A DNA stretch of 44,770 bases. Source: Methanobacteriota archaeon. Its GTDB lineage: Archaea; Thermoplasmatota; Thermoplasmata; Methanomassiliicoccales; UBA472. The position numbers and the translations under genes were made by a program. Within the stretch, counting starts at the first letter, position 1. Each line of letters opens with the position of its first letter. Below, piece after piece: positions 42,083 through 44,770 of the stretch. The stretch is taken from contig JAKPZB010000068.1 in assembly GCA_029560215.1 (NCBI GenBank), positions 1 through 44,770 on the forward strand. The letters are read 5' to 3'. A model generated the notes under the pieces. The model was not told the origin of the DNA. It did not search any database and worked only from the letters and a program-made list of their open reading frames with translations.

Positions 42083-42892
42083 ATGACCGGGGACCGCGCC
42101 CGCTGGTGCTGCGAGGATCTGAACGAGGCGATCGAGCTGGCAGCCAAGCGGAACAAGCAGGGGATAAGATGCATAATCGACCCCTTGGGGGAACTGGCCA
42201 AGGATCCTGTCTCAGCTGATGAGGCGCTCTCCGCAGCGGTCCAGACGATCGAAGCGATTGCCAGCCTTGGTCTGCACGCCTCGATCGCGTTGAAGCCGAC
42301 CGCGCTCGGGGCGGCATACGATCTCGACGAGTGCCTCGCCAGGGCCAAAGAGCTGACGCGCCTGGCCTGGAAGGAAGATATCGCCGTCGAGCTGGATATG
42401 GAAACCCGTAAGTACGTGGACGAGACGCTACGCATGGCCATCGTTCTGAGGGAAGATGGCCAGGGTCCGCTCAGCATCGCCCTCCAGGCGTATCTCTACC
42501 GTACCCCTATGGATGCCAGGCGCATGGACCGTATCGGAGCGAAGGTCCGTCTGGTGAAGGGCGCCTACGCTGGCGACATGGACGACTTCGATGGGATAAT
42601 GACCGCCATGTTGGACAACATTGATCTGCTGGCGAGCATGGGAAGGCCATTCAGCATCGGCACGCACGATCCGCGAGTGATAGAGCGGATCTGGAAGGAC
42701 CGGGGACTGAAGGGCGTGATGGAGGTAGGCATGCTGAAAGGCCTCGGGGACGAGACCAAGGTCAAGCTCGCCGGGAAGGGATGGTCGGTCGCCGAATACA
42801 TTCCCTACGGCAAGGACTCCTACGCTTATGTAACGAGAAGGGAGAACTATCTTCGGAATCTTAGCAACCTGGGGGTCGAACCTTGTCCGTAA
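42083..42892 (+). CDS. Proline dehydrogenase family protein (short form)
   Basis: LQAYLYRT, VRLVKGAY, IGTHD, EVGMLKG and YIPYG..YAYVTRRENY blocks. Confidence 0.85.
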   Translation: MTGDRARWCCEDLNEAIELAAKRNKQGIRCIIDPLGELAKDPVSADEALSAAVQTIEAIASLGLHASIALKPTALGAAYDLDECLARAKELTRLAWKEDIAVELDMETRKYVDETLRMAIVLREDGQGPLSIALQAYLYRTPMDARRMDRIGAKVRLVKGAYAGDMDDFDGIMTAMLDNIDLLASMGRPFSIGTHDPRVIERIWKDRGLKGVMEVGMLKGLGDETKVKLAGKGWSVAEYIPYGKDSYAYVTRRENYLRNLSNLGVEPCP

Positions 42893-42907
42893 AGGGTTCG
42901 ATGCTCC

Positions 42908-42951
42908 TTTTCATGGGTTAAATATAGTAAATTTTTATCAATCCCCTTTTT
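42908..42951 (+). terminator. Cluster of oligo-T runs after the proline dehydrogenase gene
   Basis: TTTT at 42908, TTTTT at 42932 and TTTTT at 42947, the usual archaeal oligo-T terminator type. Confidence 0.4.
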
Positions 42952-43188
42952 CGACGTAAAACCTGGGCTGTAGACCCGATTTCTACGCCTTTCAAGTTGA
43001 TGTTAGGGAGTCCGTCGCATACAAATTTGAACTGGTCTGTACAACAAACTATCAAAATTCATCAAATTAATATGACTAATAATATCATTATTTCTATTTA
43101 TGTTTATATTAGCATTAATGTTATTGAAATTAAAAATATAATTAATAATAGCAAAACTATATACAATAATAATTCTATGGTGTATGTG

Positions 43189-43335
43189 ATGTCCGAAGGC
43201 AAAACAACTATACAATTGACAGAGGCGACACGGGACCGGCTCTACAAATTGAAATTCCGCAGGACCTACGACCAATTTCTGAACGAACTCTGCGATCTTT
43301 ATGAGACCGAGGAGAAAAAGAACCTGGAAAATTGA
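43189..43335 (+). CDS. Small ribbon-helix-helix-like protein (48 aa)
   Basis: MSEGKTTIQLTEATRDRLYKLKFRRTYDQFLNELCDLYE fits a beta-strand/helix/helix CopG/Arc-like pattern. Only this 3' part of track ORF 42997-43335 has normal GC composition. ATG at 43177 is an alternative start. Confidence 0.5.
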   Translation: MSEGKTTIQLTEATRDRLYKLKFRRTYDQFLNELCDLYETEEKKNLEN

Positions 43336-43508
43336 TGGTAGATCCAAACATAACTGTTAATGATAATTAAAATAATGTAGTAAAGCAACATATTAAAAAT
43401 ATGTATGTAAAACATTGACAAAGCGATTTTCATAAAAATTTTCAGCTCTGGTCGGGCGAGAAGGATTTTTAAGTCAGCGGCTCCCATAACAAATCCAGTG
43501 ATCTTCAC

Positions 43509-44039
43509 ATGAAGGCAAGCATAGAGAAAGCGTTGAACGACCAGATAAACGCCGAGCTGTACTCGGCCTATCTGTACAAGTCCATGGAGATGTACCTGCA
43601 CTCGATCGACCTTCCGGGAATGGCCAATTGGATGAAAGTCCAGGTCCAGGAAGAGCTGGCGCATGCCGAGGGACTTATCCAGTTCGTCAACCTTCGCGGC
43701 GGTCGCGTTATGCTGGCGGCCATCGAAGGGCCGAAGAAGGAATGGAAGTCGGCTGCGGAGGTCTTCGCTGACGCCTACGATCACGAGTCCAAGGTGGTCA
43801 CCGTCAAGATCCACAAGTTGGTTGATCTGGCCATAAAAGAGAAGGACCACGCCTTCAACCAGTTCCTGCAGTGGTATGTGGCCGAGCAGGTCGAGGAGGA
43901 GGACAACACCTCCACGTTGCTGAGGAAACTGAAGAAGATCGGTGATCACATGCCCAGCCTGATGCAGGTGGACGCCCAGCTGGCAACTAGGGTCTTCACC
44001 GCGCCAGTGATTCCCGGGACCACTGTAGGCGGACCGTAA
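43509..44039 (+). CDS. ftn: Ferritin (non-heme, Ftn type)
   Basis: LNDQINAELYSAYLY..QEELAHAE di-iron ligand pattern. 176 aa. Confidence 0.92.
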   Translation: MKASIEKALNDQINAELYSAYLYKSMEMYLHSIDLPGMANWMKVQVQEELAHAEGLIQFVNLRGGRVMLAAIEGPKKEWKSAAEVFADAYDHESKVVTVKIHKLVDLAIKEKDHAFNQFLQWYVAEQVEEEDNTSTLLRKLKKIGDHMPSLMQVDAQLATRVFTAPVIPGTTVGGP

Positions 44040-44052
44040 AAAAACTCAAAAG

Positions 44053-44070
44053 GCAGGGGAGGTCCCCTGC
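44053..44070. terminator. Hairpin GCAGGGG-AGGT-CCCCTGC between the convergent ferritin and fasciclin genes
   Basis: 7-bp GC-rich stem with an A-run on the left (a T-run for the minus strand) and T-rich sequence on the right. Confidence 0.4.
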
Positions 44071-44088
44071 GTTATTCTATTAATCAGT

Positions 44089-44541
44089 TTACGGAACCAG
44101 GACCTTGTTCACCACGTGGATGTATCCGTTCTTGCACTTGATGTTGCCGCGGATGATGGTGGCCCCAGCGACCTTCAGAAGCCCCTTGGCGTCAACGGCC
44201 ACTTCCTTCTGGTCGGCAGTGGCGACGGTCGGCTTGGCCGCCAACTGATCGTAGGACAGCGCGCCCTCAACGACGTGGTGGGTGAGCACGGCCTTCAACT
44301 TGGCCTTGTCCTTCAACAACGCTTCCATAGTTCCATCTGGCAGGTCTATGAACGCGGAGTTGTTAGGGACGAACACCGTGAACGGCCCCTTCTTTCCCAG
44401 CAGATCAACCAATCCAGCTTCCTTCAGTGCCGCGACGAGGGTCTTGTAGTCTCCGTCCGCTGCCAAAGTCTCTGCGATGGTCTTCAGGTTAGGGTCAGCG
44501 ACCCAAGATCCCTTCTTTTTGAATATATCGAAGAATCCCAT
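44089..44541 (-). CDS. Fasciclin (FAS1) domain protein without an obvious signal peptide
   Basis: TVFVPNNSAF, LTHHVV and NGYIHVVNKVLVP FAS1 motifs. Start at MGFFDIF (44541). Confidence 0.85.
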   Translation of the reverse strand: MGFFDIFKKKGSWVADPNLKTIAETLAADGDYKTLVAALKEAGLVDLLGKKGPFTVFVPNNSAFIDLPDGTMEALLKDKAKLKAVLTHHVVEGALSYDQLAAKPTVATADQKEVAVDAKGLLKVAGATIIRGNIKCKNGYIHVVNKVLVP

Positions 44542-44770
44542 GAAATCCCTGGGAGCGAATTTGACTTGTATCAATATAAAACCATACTATTAACGCTATA
44601 AAGTTCCCTATTTCCATTTTCTAATATATAAAAAAAATTTCCAGATGTTCGGAGCGTTATCAATAAAACACGAAAGATATTTATAATGAGGAAAAGCGCG
44701 AGCTTTGAAATCCGTTGAAAATAATCTAGTTTAACTAATTGCTTAATAATAATATATGATATAGTTACAA

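Noticed and set aside
42876-42915. tRNA-like T-arm strings (GGGGGTCGAACC, GGGTTCGAT) at the end of the proline dehydrogenase gene, as a possible att site or tRNA fragment
   Set aside because: No acceptor or anticodon arms can be folded around them, and the first string lies inside the coding sequence.
42997-43188. N-terminal 64 codons of track ORF 42997-43335
   Set aside because: The I/N/K/Y-rich translation comes from very AT-rich DNA, and the composition switches abruptly at about 43189, where the RHH-like sequence begins. The ORF is open here by chance.
43299-43949. 216-aa minus-strand ORF overlapping ferritin
   Set aside because: It is antisense to a clear ferritin gene, and its 3' part runs through AT-rich DNA. 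No motifs are present.

Overview
This is a GC-rich, densely packed archaeal chromosomal segment. The archaeal hallmarks are a thermosome, a DnaG-type primase, Trm1, a class V fructose-1,6-bisphosphate aldolase/phosphatase, archaeal-type GluRS and AspRS, an Nre repair protein and an intron-containing tRNA. The gene content would fit a Thermoplasmatota or methanogen-like euryarchaeon, but the lineage cannot be fixed from the sequence alone. I support about 55 protein genes, one tRNA-Ser(CGA) with a 21-nt intron, and one good candidate C/D-box sRNA. There is no rRNA and no CRISPR array.

Positions 1-39010 are mostly housekeeping: gltX, purA, trm1, sod, nadA, aspS, fbp-tpiA, dnaG, larE/larB, the thermosome, an aldehyde dehydrogenase and an ABC exporter. 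Small accessory insertions sit among them.

Positions 39011-44770 look different. GC-rich genes there are separated by unusually long, extremely AT-rich spacers. The segment opens with two translationally coupled, paralogous short serine recombinases bracketed by a 15-nt direct repeat. I rank this as the most interesting candidate system.

Other points worth a second look:
- an operon of a small ORF, Nre and a radical SAM protein;
- a phage-type RusA resolvase with an unannotated small ORF and a C/D sRNA next to it;
- a Lon-like AAA+ module that lacks both the membrane anchor and the protease domain and is coupled to dnaG;
- an Glu/Arg/Pro/Gln-rich tandem-repeat insertion inside dnaG;
- a secreted lamin-tail/PLD/PKD enzyme;
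- a GNAT gene whose N-terminal strand is encoded upstream of any canonical start codon.

Many long ORFs in the track are antisense artefacts of the high GC content and are rejected. All family assignments come from motif recognition by eye; no searches were run.
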